Assembly: GCA_903912365.1 (NCBI GenBank)
Contig: CAIWGV010000004.1
Location: 11,710 to 75,709 of the forward strand
DNA: 64,000 bases
Direction of reading: 5' to 3'
Source: an uncultured Alphaproteobacteria bacterium
GTDB taxonomy: Bacteria > Pseudomonadota > Alphaproteobacteria > UBA7879 > UBA5542
Each line of letters begins with the position of its first letter. Within the stretch, counting starts at the first letter, position 1. Under the pieces are notes generated by a model. The model was given only the letters and a program-made list of their open reading frames with translations, did no database searches and was not told the DNA's origin. The position numbers and the translations under genes are program-made. Shown piece by piece: positions 19,515-28,662 of the stretch.

Positions 19515-20871
19515 AACCCTCTCGTCCCTCATCATAGGGATTCTTCCCCTTTCGCGGAATAAGTCTCAACGGGATGCCTCCCAACCGAAAATCTTCCGCC
19601 AGGCGATTTTTCAGATAGCGTAGATAGCTTTCAGGCAAATCCAAAGGTTTATTGATAAATAAAACAAAGGTGGGGGGGCGTGACTTGATCTGGGTCATGT
19701 ACCGAATCTTGATTCGGCGCCCGGAGACTAAGGGCGGCGGATGATGAGTGGTAGTGGCGATCAACCAGTCATTTAAAGGGGACGTGGAAATGCGCTTCTC
19801 CCAAAGGGGATAAAGCTCGAACAACTTCTCAAAAATCTTTCCCAGATCCTTCTTGTTCAAGGCAGATACCGCCACCACAGATGGATGCGGCAATTGGGCA
19901 AGCTCTTCGCCCAGTTTCAGGCGCATTTCTTTCAGAAAAGCATCCTTATTCTCAATCAAATCGATTTTATTGAAAACAAAAAGCAAAAGCCGACCTTCCT
20001 CCACCACTTGGCGCGCGAGGGTCAGATCTTGTTTTTCGAGAGGCATGGTGGCATCCACCACCAGAAGCACCGCTTGGGCGTACTGCATGGCGCGGGCCGT
20101 ATCCGCAGCGGACAAGCGCTCCACACTTTCTGTGATGCGGGCTTGCCTGCGCAGCCCTGCCGTATCGATGAGCTTGAGGGAGTGATCCTGCCAGGTAAAA
20201 TCTACCGCCAAGGATTCCCGGGTGAGTCCCGCAATGGGGCCCGTAAGAAACCTTTCTTTACCGACAATCTGGTTGATAAGGGTAGATTTTCCCACATTGG
20301 GACGCCCAATGACCGCGATGCTCAGGGGGGGGGATACAGAGTCTTCCGGTTCCTCATGGGGGAGGGCGTCATAGAAAGGCTGCAATGCTTCGTAGAGCAT
20401 ATTAAATCCCTCTCCATGCTCGGCAGAAATGGGGATGGGGGCCCCAAGTCCCAGAGAGGCTGCCTCAAAAACCGTGGAACGTGCCGCATTTCCTTCCGCT
20501 TTATTCACCAAAAAAATGCAAGGCTTGTTGAGTTTGCGCAGCAAACTCCCCAGGGCTTTATCTTGAAGAGTAATGCCTTCGCGCCCATCCACAATAAATA
20601 AAATCACATGGCATTCTTTCAGGGCTTCCTGAGTGTGATGCCAAAGCCCGTGGAGAATAAGTTCTTTGTCTTTTGGAATATAGGCGGTTTCAAGTCCAGG
20701 GGTATCCACCAGATCGAAGGAAAGATCCCCAATGGATCCTTTACCATAGCGGCGGTCTCGGGTAATGCCTGGTTCATCGTGAACAATGGCTAATTTTTTT
20801 CCCGCCAGACGATTGAAGAGGGTCGACTTCCCCACATTAGGTCGGCCCACCAAAGCTACGAGCAGAGACAT
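19513..20871 (-). CDS. der: Ribosome-associated GTPase Der/EngA
   Basis: Tandem G domains (GRPNVGKST twice) and a KH-like C-terminus are present. Confidence 0.9.
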   Translation of the reverse strand: MSLLVALVGRPNVGKSTLFNRLAGKKLAIVHDEPGITRDRRYGKGSIGDLSFDLVDTPGLETAYIPKDKELILHGLWHHTQEALKECHVILFIVDGREGITLQDKALGSLLRKLNKPCIFLVNKAEGNAARSTVFEAASLGLGAPIPISAEHGEGFNMLYEALQPFYDALPHEEPEDSVSPPLSIAVIGRPNVGKSTLINQIVGKERFLTGPIAGLTRESLAVDFTWQDHSLKLIDTAGLRRQARITESVERLSAADTARAMQYAQAVLLVVDATMPLEKQDLTLARQVVEEGRLLLFVFNKIDLIENKDAFLKEMRLKLGEELAQLPHPSVVAVSALNKKDLGKIFEKLFELYPLWEKRISTSPLNDWLIATTTHHPPPLVSGRRIKIRYMTQIKSRPPTFVLFINKPLDLPESYLRYLKNRLAEDFRLGGIPLRLIPRKGKNPYDEGREG

Positions 20872-22172
20872 TATTCCATTGCGACGAGTGTGCCGCCCTC
20901 TGTTAAGAAGTAAATGATTTTATTGGCCACAATGGGGGGTAAAAGAGTAGGGCCAGGCAGAGAGATCTCAGAGATCACTTTGCCAGTCAAGGCATTCAAA
21001 GCAAGGGCCTGGGCGTTGGATCCTGCAAAGATGAGTTTTCCGCTTGCCAAAACAGGGCCAGACCACCGCAGGAGATCTTTCCTATCTTCCGGATCTTTAT
21101 GTTTGGGAAGTTCCGTCACCCATACAATCTGTCCCGTTTCTTTGGTGAGACACACAGCTTCATTGTTCATGCTCACAAGGAAAATAAAGTTTCCGGTCAC
21201 CACAGGGGTAGAAATACTGCCGATATGCCTTTCCCAGAGGATGCTACCAGACTTAAAATCCAAAGCCATCATGCGGTCGCTCTGGGAGAGGACAAAGACG
21301 ATATTTTTATCAATAACGGGGGAGGCCTTAATTTGGGACATCATGGCGACGGAGCTGAATGTCTTGAGAGCCGTTAGAGACTCAACCCAAAGAGGGTGGC
21401 CATTCTCTCCCTTCATGGCATAAATTTCCCCAGAGGAGTAGGGGGCAATGACAATGCGACGATCAACAGCGGGGGCACCGCCTCCCAAGAGGCAACAAGA
21501 TTCAACAGATCCTTCCTTTTGCCAGATTTTTTCCCCGGTCAAGGTATTGAGCGCCATGATTTTATTGTTCTTGGTAATCACGTAGAGGCGTCCATCCTTT
21601 ACCGTGGGGGCAGATCGAATGGGGTGAAGAACATTGGTTTTCCAAAGCACCGTGCCATCATCTGCGTTAAGGGCAACCACGTCTGCGGAAGAAAAACTCA
21701 CAAACACACGGCCCTGATCAACGGAGATACCTCCCCCTAAAAATCCTTCGCCAGAGATAAGAGATTTGAGACTCTGGTCCCATACTTTTTTGCCAGTCCT
21801 GGTCTCTCGAGCGCGGACCAATCCATAGGCATCAACGGTATAGATTAAATTCTTTTGAACAACGGGGGGAGCAAGAAGGAATCCAGAACTGTCAGATCCA
21901 GAGCCCACACTTTCTTTCCAAAGAACTGTTTTCATATCCCCCAGCTCCACGTGACGCATGAGGTGGGAAGGAGAGGAATCCAGCTGGGGCCAATCGGTGT
22001 TTAGAACGGGATCTTCTAGGTCAATGTTAAAATTCTCCGCGTCGGCGTCAGGAGACAGCAGAGCATGAGACTCCAACAGAACAGTGCGGTCTCCTTTGAG
22101 GCGTTCTTTAGAGTCGGAACATCCCAAGAGGAGAAGTAAAAAACAAAAAAGGGAGAGAAAACGTAGGTTCAT
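20871..22172 (-). CDS. bamB: Outer membrane assembly lipoprotein BamB (PQQ beta-propeller)
   Basis: The lipoprotein signal is LLLLLGCSDS. Repeated PQQ-like blades are present, and the yfgM-bamB-der synteny is conserved. Confidence 0.7.
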   Translation of the reverse strand: MNLRFLSLFCFLLLLLGCSDSKERLKGDRTVLLESHALLSPDADAENFNIDLEDPVLNTDWPQLDSSPSHLMRHVELGDMKTVLWKESVGSGSDSSGFLLAPPVVQKNLIYTVDAYGLVRARETRTGKKVWDQSLKSLISGEGFLGGGISVDQGRVFVSFSSADVVALNADDGTVLWKTNVLHPIRSAPTVKDGRLYVITKNNKIMALNTLTGEKIWQKEGSVESCCLLGGGAPAVDRRIVIAPYSSGEIYAMKGENGHPLWVESLTALKTFSSVAMMSQIKASPVIDKNIVFVLSQSDRMMALDFKSGSILWERHIGSISTPVVTGNFIFLVSMNNEAVCLTKETGQIVWVTELPKHKDPEDRKDLLRWSGPVLASGKLIFAGSNAQALALNALTGKVISEISLPGPTLLPPIVANKIIYFLTEGGTLVAME

Positions 22173-22178
22173 AAATTT

Positions 22179-22907
22179 TTACAATGCATTGCTGACATAA
22201 TTAATCATGGCCTGAGCTCGAATCTTAAAAGAGGGAGGAGATTTGGGATCTTGCATAATCTTTTCAAAGAATTCAAGGGAGCCCTCCCTATCCTGAAGCT
22301 TCATTTTTGCAAGCCCAGAAAGTTCCCAGGCAGAAAAACGCCAAGGACAATCTGTCGCTGTAAGGGATTGAAGATTCTTCAAAACTGTTTCTGGGGCGCC
22401 CCTGTCAACCTGGATGGCGGCATCTCGCAGAACGGCTATATGATTTAGCATCTGCTTGTCTTTCGAGGTGGGAAAAATGCTCCTGGTATTTTTTGCCACC
22501 TGGTCATAGAGAACTTCTGCGTTGGTCTCATCGCCTTTTTTCAAAAGAAGAGCTGCTGCCCAAAAGCGAGACAGGCTGGCATAGATGCTCTCCCCTCGAC
22601 CAGGGATGCGTTCAAAATTTACGAGAGAGCTTTCGGGATTGACTTCTGTTTCCATAAGGGCCTGCATGTAGGCATCGGATTGCCCCGCAACTTTCCCATT
22701 CTGATGGTACTGCCAAAGGAGAGAGGCCATGGTAAGGGCCAAGATACCCGCAAGGCCCATATAGATGTGCCGCTGGTGTTTTTGCCACAAAAGCATCCAC
22801 CGCTCTTGCTGAATATCTTCTTTAATTTCGTCAAAAATATCAACCACAGTCTTGTCTCCGCTTGCTAAATGTCTCTTTAAAATACCTTGCTGCCTTGTAA
22901 AGTGCAA
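22179..22907 (-). CDS. YfgM-like membrane-anchored TPR protein
   Basis: A single TM segment is followed by a helical repeat domain. It sits in the expected position upstream of bamB. Confidence 0.5.
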   Translation of the reverse strand: MHFTRQQGILKRHLASGDKTVVDIFDEIKEDIQQERWMLLWQKHQRHIYMGLAGILALTMASLLWQYHQNGKVAGQSDAYMQALMETEVNPESSLVNFERIPGRGESIYASLSRFWAAALLLKKGDETNAEVLYDQVAKNTRSIFPTSKDKQMLNHIAVLRDAAIQVDRGAPETVLKNLQSLTATDCPWRFSAWELSGLAKMKLQDREGSLEFFEKIMQDPKSPPSFKIRAQAMINYVSNAL

Positions 22908-22971
22908 GGGTTAGTTTGGGGTTTATATAAAACTAAAAATCTGATATAGTGAAGGAGAGAAGAGGTGGTGC

Positions 22972-23370
22972 ATGTCTAAATTATTCCAAGTTATTTACTT
23001 TAGTTTCTTTGTGGCATGGGCTATGGCCGCTGGGGCAGCCCATCAGGATGCTATACTCCAAGAAAGAGCCGCACAAAACTATGCACATTTTGAAAGAGAA
23101 GTAGGACAAATTTATGAACAAAGTCGTCATGTAACATATAGCGATTTTGCTTCAGCAGTTGACCTCGCTCAGAAAAACATTAAGGATTTTTTTGATAAGA
23201 GAATAAGGGAGGGAGGTTCAGAAGCCAACCGTAAGGACTGCATGGAGCAAAAAAAGAATCTAATAGAAAATCTTAATAGGAATCTTTTGGAACAAGAATG
23301 GAAAAAACTGCAAGTCTTATATCCCAAGCGAGAAGAGCAAGGATTGATTTTAAGCGTAGCCATAGAATGA
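22972..23370 (+). CDS. Hypothetical secreted protein
   Basis: The signal peptide is MSKLFQVIYFSFFVAWAMAAGAA. Confidence 0.4.
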   Translation: MSKLFQVIYFSFFVAWAMAAGAAHQDAILQERAAQNYAHFEREVGQIYEQSRHVTYSDFASAVDLAQKNIKDFFDKRIREGGSEANRKDCMEQKKNLIENLNRNLLEQEWKKLQVLYPKREEQGLILSVAIE

Positions 23371-23371
23371 T

Positions 23372-24883
23372 TTGAGACGCCCCCCTTTTTCTGCGTTGAG
23401 CAGCAAATTCTTTTCTGGCCTTTCTAGTTATAGAAAAGAAGGATACGACGAGAATTTTCCTATTATGTGGGCCCCTCAAGGATTAAGTGTTGTGGCTTTG
23501 TCTCACGCTGTTTCTATCTCTGATTTTCGAAACCCTCATGAGATAGCGAATTCTATAAAAAATGACGTGATCTGCCTAAAAGGCTTGACCCCAGAAATTT
23601 TTAAAGAGCTTTTTTGTACCAACTTCTCTTCGGGAAATCCTCTTGAAAAAGTGGCCGAGAATATGACGCGATGGGACTTAGGTCAAAACATACGGCTTCC
23701 GCCTGAACGTTTGGAATGTTATATGACATGTCTATATGAACTTCGTGTGATAGATCTAGCTTCTCGCGATAGAAAAGAAATGAGTTTGGCTTTATCCGGC
23801 GCTTCTCCAGAGAAAAGAGGTTGGATTATAAACAAGATAAGAAGGGGAAGAGAGGGGTTTGGGCGCGTACCAGAAGGGAAGTTTATTCAATTGATCTCAT
23901 CTCTGATCGATGACCCACATTTGACTGAACAAAAAGTTGATCAACAATTTAATCGGCTGATGGATGCACATCGTCCCATGCCTCTCATGCTTCATATGCC
24001 CCAGCATCAAGGCTCCACCATGAGCATTGCGATGGAGGCTCATAATTATGCAGATCAAAAAGTGGATGTTCCAGGGGCTGCCTGCGCTGCAGGAGCCTCT
24101 AGTCAAATGAGGGTCATTGATGCTGTCTTTGGGCAAGTAGAAGGCCGTCTGGGAGCCAGAGCCATAGTTCCATTTTCTGAGGTTCATGCTGCATTGGGAA
24201 GATTCTCCTCAGCTCCTGCATTCCAGAGTGTATTAGAGAATCCCGCAGATCAAGACCTGATGGCTATCATTTACACTTTCTTGAAGGCATTCTATCCAGA
24301 CAAAGTTGATTTATGGAAAGCTCAGTTCATACGCGAATCAGAAGAGGCCTATAGAGGAAGACGTGATCCCACCAGTTGTGTAAAGGGAATTAGAGAACGT
24401 ATTATTACAGGGCTTCGGGGAATAGATTCAGAACTGGATCGAACCTTTGCGCAGGTGGAAGGTCGTCATTTGATGCGCGCCCGCGCAACAGGAGCCAACC
24501 CTCGAGAAAACCCACAAGCACTTGCGCGCCAATTGTTGGAGTTGGGTATTCGACCCACAACACCTGTTGCAAAAGCAGCGGCTCGCTTTAAATCGGACTT
24601 CGAGGACAAACTGAAGACCTATGGGTTGGAAGTAGATGCAGAATTCGAGGGGCAAGCAGATATCTTTGTAGAGCTTATTGAAGGGGAGCTGGAGAATGCG
24701 CAGAGTGCTTTGAGTCAAGCTCTGAAATCAGAGTTTAATAAGGGGAATTGGAAAAAGGCATTTAAAGCGATTAAAAAGCAAAACAGGGAAGGGCTTGTCC
24801 CGGCAGAGGAAACCCCCGCACAGCGTCGGGCTCTTTTGGCTAAGGCTGCCGCAGACCGTCTTGCAAGGACTTATCCAAGCTGA
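23372..24883 (+). CDS. Large hypothetical protein, paralogous (C-terminal region) to the 12962-15082 product
   Basis: The block …YRGRRDPTSCVKGIRERIITGLRGIDSELDRTF… aligns with …YDGMSPLSCAKGIQERLTMLGFNDLEGVDPTL… in the other protein. The start is uncertain (TTG at 23372 or MWAPQ at ~23465). Confidence 0.4.
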   Translation: MRRPPFSALSSKFFSGLSSYRKEGYDENFPIMWAPQGLSVVALSHAVSISDFRNPHEIANSIKNDVICLKGLTPEIFKELFCTNFSSGNPLEKVAENMTRWDLGQNIRLPPERLECYMTCLYELRVIDLASRDRKEMSLALSGASPEKRGWIINKIRRGREGFGRVPEGKFIQLISSLIDDPHLTEQKVDQQFNRLMDAHRPMPLMLHMPQHQGSTMSIAMEAHNYADQKVDVPGAACAAGASSQMRVIDAVFGQVEGRLGARAIVPFSEVHAALGRFSSAPAFQSVLENPADQDLMAIIYTFLKAFYPDKVDLWKAQFIRESEEAYRGRRDPTSCVKGIRERIITGLRGIDSELDRTFAQVEGRHLMRARATGANPRENPQALARQLLELGIRPTTPVAKAAARFKSDFEDKLKTYGLEVDAEFEGQADIFVELIEGELENAQSALSQALKSEFNKGNWKKAFKAIKKQNREGLVPAEETPAQRRALLAKAAADRLARTYPS

Positions 24884-24895
24884 GAGAGATAGTTT

Positions 24896-25324
24896 TTAAA
24901 TAAACCACATCACATCCGTCCATTTTCCGGGATCCTTCTTTTTGGCCGCAAGTCGGGTTTTCCAATCCCCGCAATGAATCTCCAATTGATGGCCATCGGG
25001 ATCCAAAAAATAGAGAGATTTCCCGGGGGAGGAGTTGTTTTTATAAATTTTAGCCCCGGACATTTTTATTTTTTCAGAAAGGGCCTCAAAATCTTTCTCT
25101 GGCACGGAAAAAGCATAATGCGTGCTGTCGCATACTTTTTCTCGTCTTTCGTCTCGGTCTAAACAAAACCAAGTAGGATTGGGATCCTCTAGCTTTGCAA
25201 TCAAAAAGTAGGCACTCCCAGCCCACTTAACAAGAGGTGTGAATCCTAAAATGTCCCTGTAAAATTTAAAAGATCTTTCAATATCTTTAACGGCGACGGT
25301 GATGTGATTGAGAGCTGTAATCAT
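24896..25324 (-). CDS. FosA/FosX-family (VOC superfamily) fosfomycin-resistance-like metalloenzyme
   Basis: Residues I recall as FosA metal ligands line up: His7 (LNHITVAV), His in THYAFSV, and Glu in HQLEIH, plus FLDPDGH and ARLAAKKK. It is 142 aa. Confidence 0.6.
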   Translation of the reverse strand: MITALNHITVAVKDIERSFKFYRDILGFTPLVKWAGSAYFLIAKLEDPNPTWFCLDRDERREKVCDSTHYAFSVPEKDFEALSEKIKMSGAKIYKNNSSPGKSLYFLDPDGHQLEIHCGDWKTRLAAKKKDPGKWTDVMWFI

Positions 25325-25463
25325 TTGATAAATTTACTAGAAGCCATTCAGATAGGCAAGAAATGGAGGCAAATATCGCCAATCTTCAATTTAAAAGAGG
25401 ATCCCTGGTTAAACTCCCTGTTCCTTTTGAGGGTAACAGCCCGAACTGCCTTGAACAAAAAGG

Positions 25464-26216
25464 TTACCTGACTGCTGGAATAGTTTTAAAATTGGTCACA
25501 AAATGGCCATTTTTGTGCTGGGTCGGCATATATTTCCCATCCACTTCACGTACGCTCGAAATTAATTGATATAATCCTACGTCTTTGCGGTAGGCCTCTT
25601 CTGGATCTTTATTGGAGAAATCTTTACAGCGTTCAAAAACAACCACGCTCCCGACGGTTAAGCCTGATCGATTGAATATGTCTTCAGGAATATAACCATA
25701 GTGTTGGGGGGCTAAATTATTTCCAAAGGGAGGACTGTTTGGATTCGAATGAATCTCTCCTACTACGGCCCCATGAACGGGATCTTGCGCCAAGATCACG
25801 CCTCTGTAATTGACCGCTATTTTTTTATACGAGGATCCCCACGGAAGTGTTTTCTTGACCTCATCCTCGAGATCCCTTTCATTTAAAGAAATTCCTGGTG
25901 TGGGGGGCACTAGATTATAATACACACCTGTCAGACCCGGCATCATTTGGAGAATTTCTATTCTCTCTTGTGGCGTTGCTTTCACAAAAAGAATTGCAAG
26001 TGCGGTGTGTTGAGGTCCCCAAAGAGCACTCAACTCCCTCGCCAATTTGGCCTTTGTAAAATCTTTTGTAAAATTTTCATTGAGGGATCCATTTTTCCAA
26101 ACCAAAACGGAGCCAGCATGGTTTTCTACCAAAGGGGACCGAGAGCTGCCTTTAAAAAAATGGGCCCCTGCCCCCAGACTCACGAGTATTAAAAAGAAAA
26201 AAACCTTAAGTTTCAT
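25464..26216 (-). CDS. Hypothetical secreted protein
   Basis: A signal peptide follows the MKLKVFFFLILVSLGAGA start. No recognisable domain is present. Confidence 0.4.
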   Translation of the reverse strand: MKLKVFFFLILVSLGAGAHFFKGSSRSPLVENHAGSVLVWKNGSLNENFTKDFTKAKLARELSALWGPQHTALAILFVKATPQERIEILQMMPGLTGVYYNLVPPTPGISLNERDLEDEVKKTLPWGSSYKKIAVNYRGVILAQDPVHGAVVGEIHSNPNSPPFGNNLAPQHYGYIPEDIFNRSGLTVGSVVVFERCKDFSNKDPEEAYRKDVGLYQLISSVREVDGKYMPTQHKNGHFVTNFKTIPAVR

Positions 26217-26423
26217 CGGCTCCCCCAAATTTTTTTATATAGGTTAATTCTACTTAATAACTCTAAAACTGTAAATTCTTTTGTGGGATTTCTCCTTTGG
26301 AGCCTATTCATCTTATGGGCAAAGTCGCCGTGCAAGCCTCATAAGGAGGCATTTCTACAGGCATATGATTGAGAGTTGTAATCATTTTCTAAATCTACTA
26401 AAGTCCTTTCAGAAACCCAAGAA

Positions 26424-28112
26424 ATGGAGATAAATATGAACGGGCCGATTTTTCTAATCCTTTTGATTGTATCTGTATTTTTCGAAACCTCCCATGGGGC
26501 TTCGGCGGCAGAAGAACAGGGGGACCTTCAGCGGTTTCAGAGAGAAGTTGTGGATAGGCAGTATGTGCCCATCTTTTCTGTGGCCGATTCTCGGGAACTG
26601 GATGTTATTACGAGAAATTTAGACTCTAAAGTCTGGCCCATTCTCCCCACGTCCCATCGATTTGAGCAAAGAGACAAGAAGTGGTGTATCACAAAGCATC
26701 GAGACGCGCCGGGAGCAGATTTGCATTTATATGCTTTTGGGGAAGATGCTCCCCAGAGTGTTAACTACGTGGTGCAGTCTTATGGGAGGACCACTTATAG
26801 TTATGCTCAGACTTTAAAAGATGACTGTAAGTTTTGTAAAAATAAAGTTCCCTTTGTCGTGGAACAAATTAGCTACATGGATGGGCACTGTATTGATCAC
26901 AGAGACACACGCCCTGAAAAGTTGGGAAACTATTATTGGCAAAATTCTTCTACTCATTCGACAAATCATATCCCTGAACCCCCTGGGAACTATTGGGGGC
27001 TAACTTGTAGAAATGCTTTGGTTAAAGACTTTAGAAAAAGGTTGGAGGGATACAGTCAGTGGGTTTTTTATCCCTCTAAACCACTTCTGACAACTAAAAA
27101 AATCCCCATTCCCATGGGAGTCCTTTTCATGCAACATGAAGCAGAGTCCTGGGAAATAATAAATGGATGGTCCATTCCTTGGGCAGATTCCCTGCACCGG
27201 TCCTCTGCAGATGAAGGACATTATCTAACTCAGCTGAGAAAATATACCCTAAATCATCACAGCCAGTCGGAAGCCCGGAAAGATCTTTTAGGTATAAGAG
27301 ATCGCTTTTTTCCGAAAACCTTTGTATATGAAAAAGGCCGATTGGATGAAAAGATTTTTGGAAGGGCGCTGAAGGTCCCGGAAACCCTGGATAATCCCTA
27401 CAGTCAATTCTCTCTCTATCGCATGGAAACCTTGGCTGACGAGGAAATCGTCCCTTCTTGGTCCCCCGCCACATTCGGGTTTTTTCTAGACCAGATGGAA
27501 CGGCACAAAGGCGACCCTTATTTTCGAGAGAAAACCGATTATTGGCAGAAACGGTTTACGAGCCGATCGGAATCTCTCCGTAAAAATGACTTCTCCAAAA
27601 TCATGGCCGGGGATGTGGCCATCGACACGCTCATTCAAAAGGTCCAAAGAGCGGAAAGTTTTGATGCGGATGATCGGGTGCAAGACCATCTGAGGCAGCT
27701 TAAATCTCATTCGGAAGTGAAACAAGAACCAGCGGCAGCTCCCCGGGTTGGTCCCTATGAGGATTACGAAAGACCAGTTGTTGTCGAGGTGGCCGCTGTA
27801 GCTCCTCAAGTCGAGCCTTCCCGTCCTCTAAAAATAACCTTTGGAACTGGAAAGGGTTCCCTTGAAACCTTAAAATCTCCTCTGCATGAGGACGAATTTC
27901 GGTTTCCCCGAAATCTTTCCTTGGAGATAACAGAGCGAGATCCTGGCTCTATTACAAGAAAGGTTAGCGCGTGGACTACGGCGAATAAAAGGATTTTAGA
28001 GGTGGCTTTAAGCAGGGGAACCATTACTGAATTTAGGATCGTAGGAAACATTTCTTCTGTTGCTCAAAAAGAGTTGAGGATTTTATTTGGTAGCAAATTT
28101 AAAGAAAACTAA
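26424..28112 (+). CDS. Hypothetical secreted protein (562 aa)
   Basis: The signal peptide is …PIFLILLIVSVFFETSHGASA. The start codon and first codons lie in an ~80-bp block duplicated from the fosA-like promoter and start region. Confidence 0.45.
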   Translation: MEINMNGPIFLILLIVSVFFETSHGASAAEEQGDLQRFQREVVDRQYVPIFSVADSRELDVITRNLDSKVWPILPTSHRFEQRDKKWCITKHRDAPGADLHLYAFGEDAPQSVNYVVQSYGRTTYSYAQTLKDDCKFCKNKVPFVVEQISYMDGHCIDHRDTRPEKLGNYYWQNSSTHSTNHIPEPPGNYWGLTCRNALVKDFRKRLEGYSQWVFYPSKPLLTTKKIPIPMGVLFMQHEAESWEIINGWSIPWADSLHRSSADEGHYLTQLRKYTLNHHSQSEARKDLLGIRDRFFPKTFVYEKGRLDEKIFGRALKVPETLDNPYSQFSLYRMETLADEEIVPSWSPATFGFFLDQMERHKGDPYFREKTDYWQKRFTSRSESLRKNDFSKIMAGDVAIDTLIQKVQRAESFDADDRVQDHLRQLKSHSEVKQEPAAAPRVGPYEDYERPVVVEVAAVAPQVEPSRPLKITFGTGKGSLETLKSPLHEDEFRFPRNLSLEITERDPGSITRKVSAWTTANKRILEVALSRGTITEFRIVGNISSVAQKELRILFGSKFKEN

Positions 28113-28621
28113 CCCCGCTCCGACAAATAAATGGCCAATCGGCACCCTGTTTTGATCATCTGTTTAAAGGTCCTGTACTTCTCTCCTCCCAAATCCTGGG
28201 CCTCTTCTTTATGCGCCAACTCCTCTTGATGGCACGTATGAATTAGGGCTTTTAAATCTTTCTCGGGAGACTCTTTCAAAGCCACAAGTTGGGCGGCATA
28301 ATGTTCATCGATAGCTTCTTCCACGGCCACCGTACAGGCCAGGGCCGCCTCCTTTCCCAACAAGGCAGAGGCCACGCCTAAAGCGTAGGAGGCCCTGTGC
28401 CAAAGGGGTTGAAAGGCAGTGGGCGCAATGTTTCGGCTCACCCTTTCTGCTTCAAATTTTGCGAGATGCCCTTGTTCTTGCATGAGCATATGTTGGAGCG
28501 TGGGGGCGAGGGAGGATTCTCCTAAGACTCTTAATTGTCCTTCATAGATTCGCACGGCCGCTGATTCTCCAGCGTGATTGACGCGAACCATGGATTTAAT
28601 GTCTAGAGTTTTTTTCAACAA
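28109..28621 (-). CDS. coq7: Demethoxyubiquinone hydroxylase (ferritin-like di-iron, COQ7 family)
   Basis: VRVNHAGESAAVRIYEGQ and the EE…H di-iron motifs are present. Confidence 0.7.
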   Translation of the reverse strand: MLKKTLDIKSMVRVNHAGESAAVRIYEGQLRVLGESSLAPTLQHMLMQEQGHLAKFEAERVSRNIAPTAFQPLWHRASYALGVASALLGKEAALACTVAVEEAIDEHYAAQLVALKESPEKDLKALIHTCHQEELAHKEEAQDLGGEKYRTFKQMIKTGCRLAIYLSERG

Positions 28622-28662
28622 GCCTTCTCTTTTTCGTCATCAGTGGGTGGAAAGACCGGGGC

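Noticed and set aside
19353-19535. 60-aa ORF on the minus strand (and other short ORFs) lying inside the repeated element
   Set aside because: It lies wholly inside the GC-rich palindromic repeat. Its composition is Arg/Gly-rich, typical of translated GC palindromes. The equivalent frame in copy 1 is not conserved.
20325-20333. G9 homopolymer inside der
   Set aside because: It is in frame (encoding Pro-Pro in …SVSPPLSIAVIG…) and the reading frame is intact, so there is no evidence of phase variation.
25363-25569. 68-aa ORF (MEANIANLQF…) starting in the duplicated block
   Set aside because: It shares only the ATG and about 4 codons with the real 562-aa gene at the second copy and then runs antisense into the 25464-26216 gene. 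It is likely non-coding.
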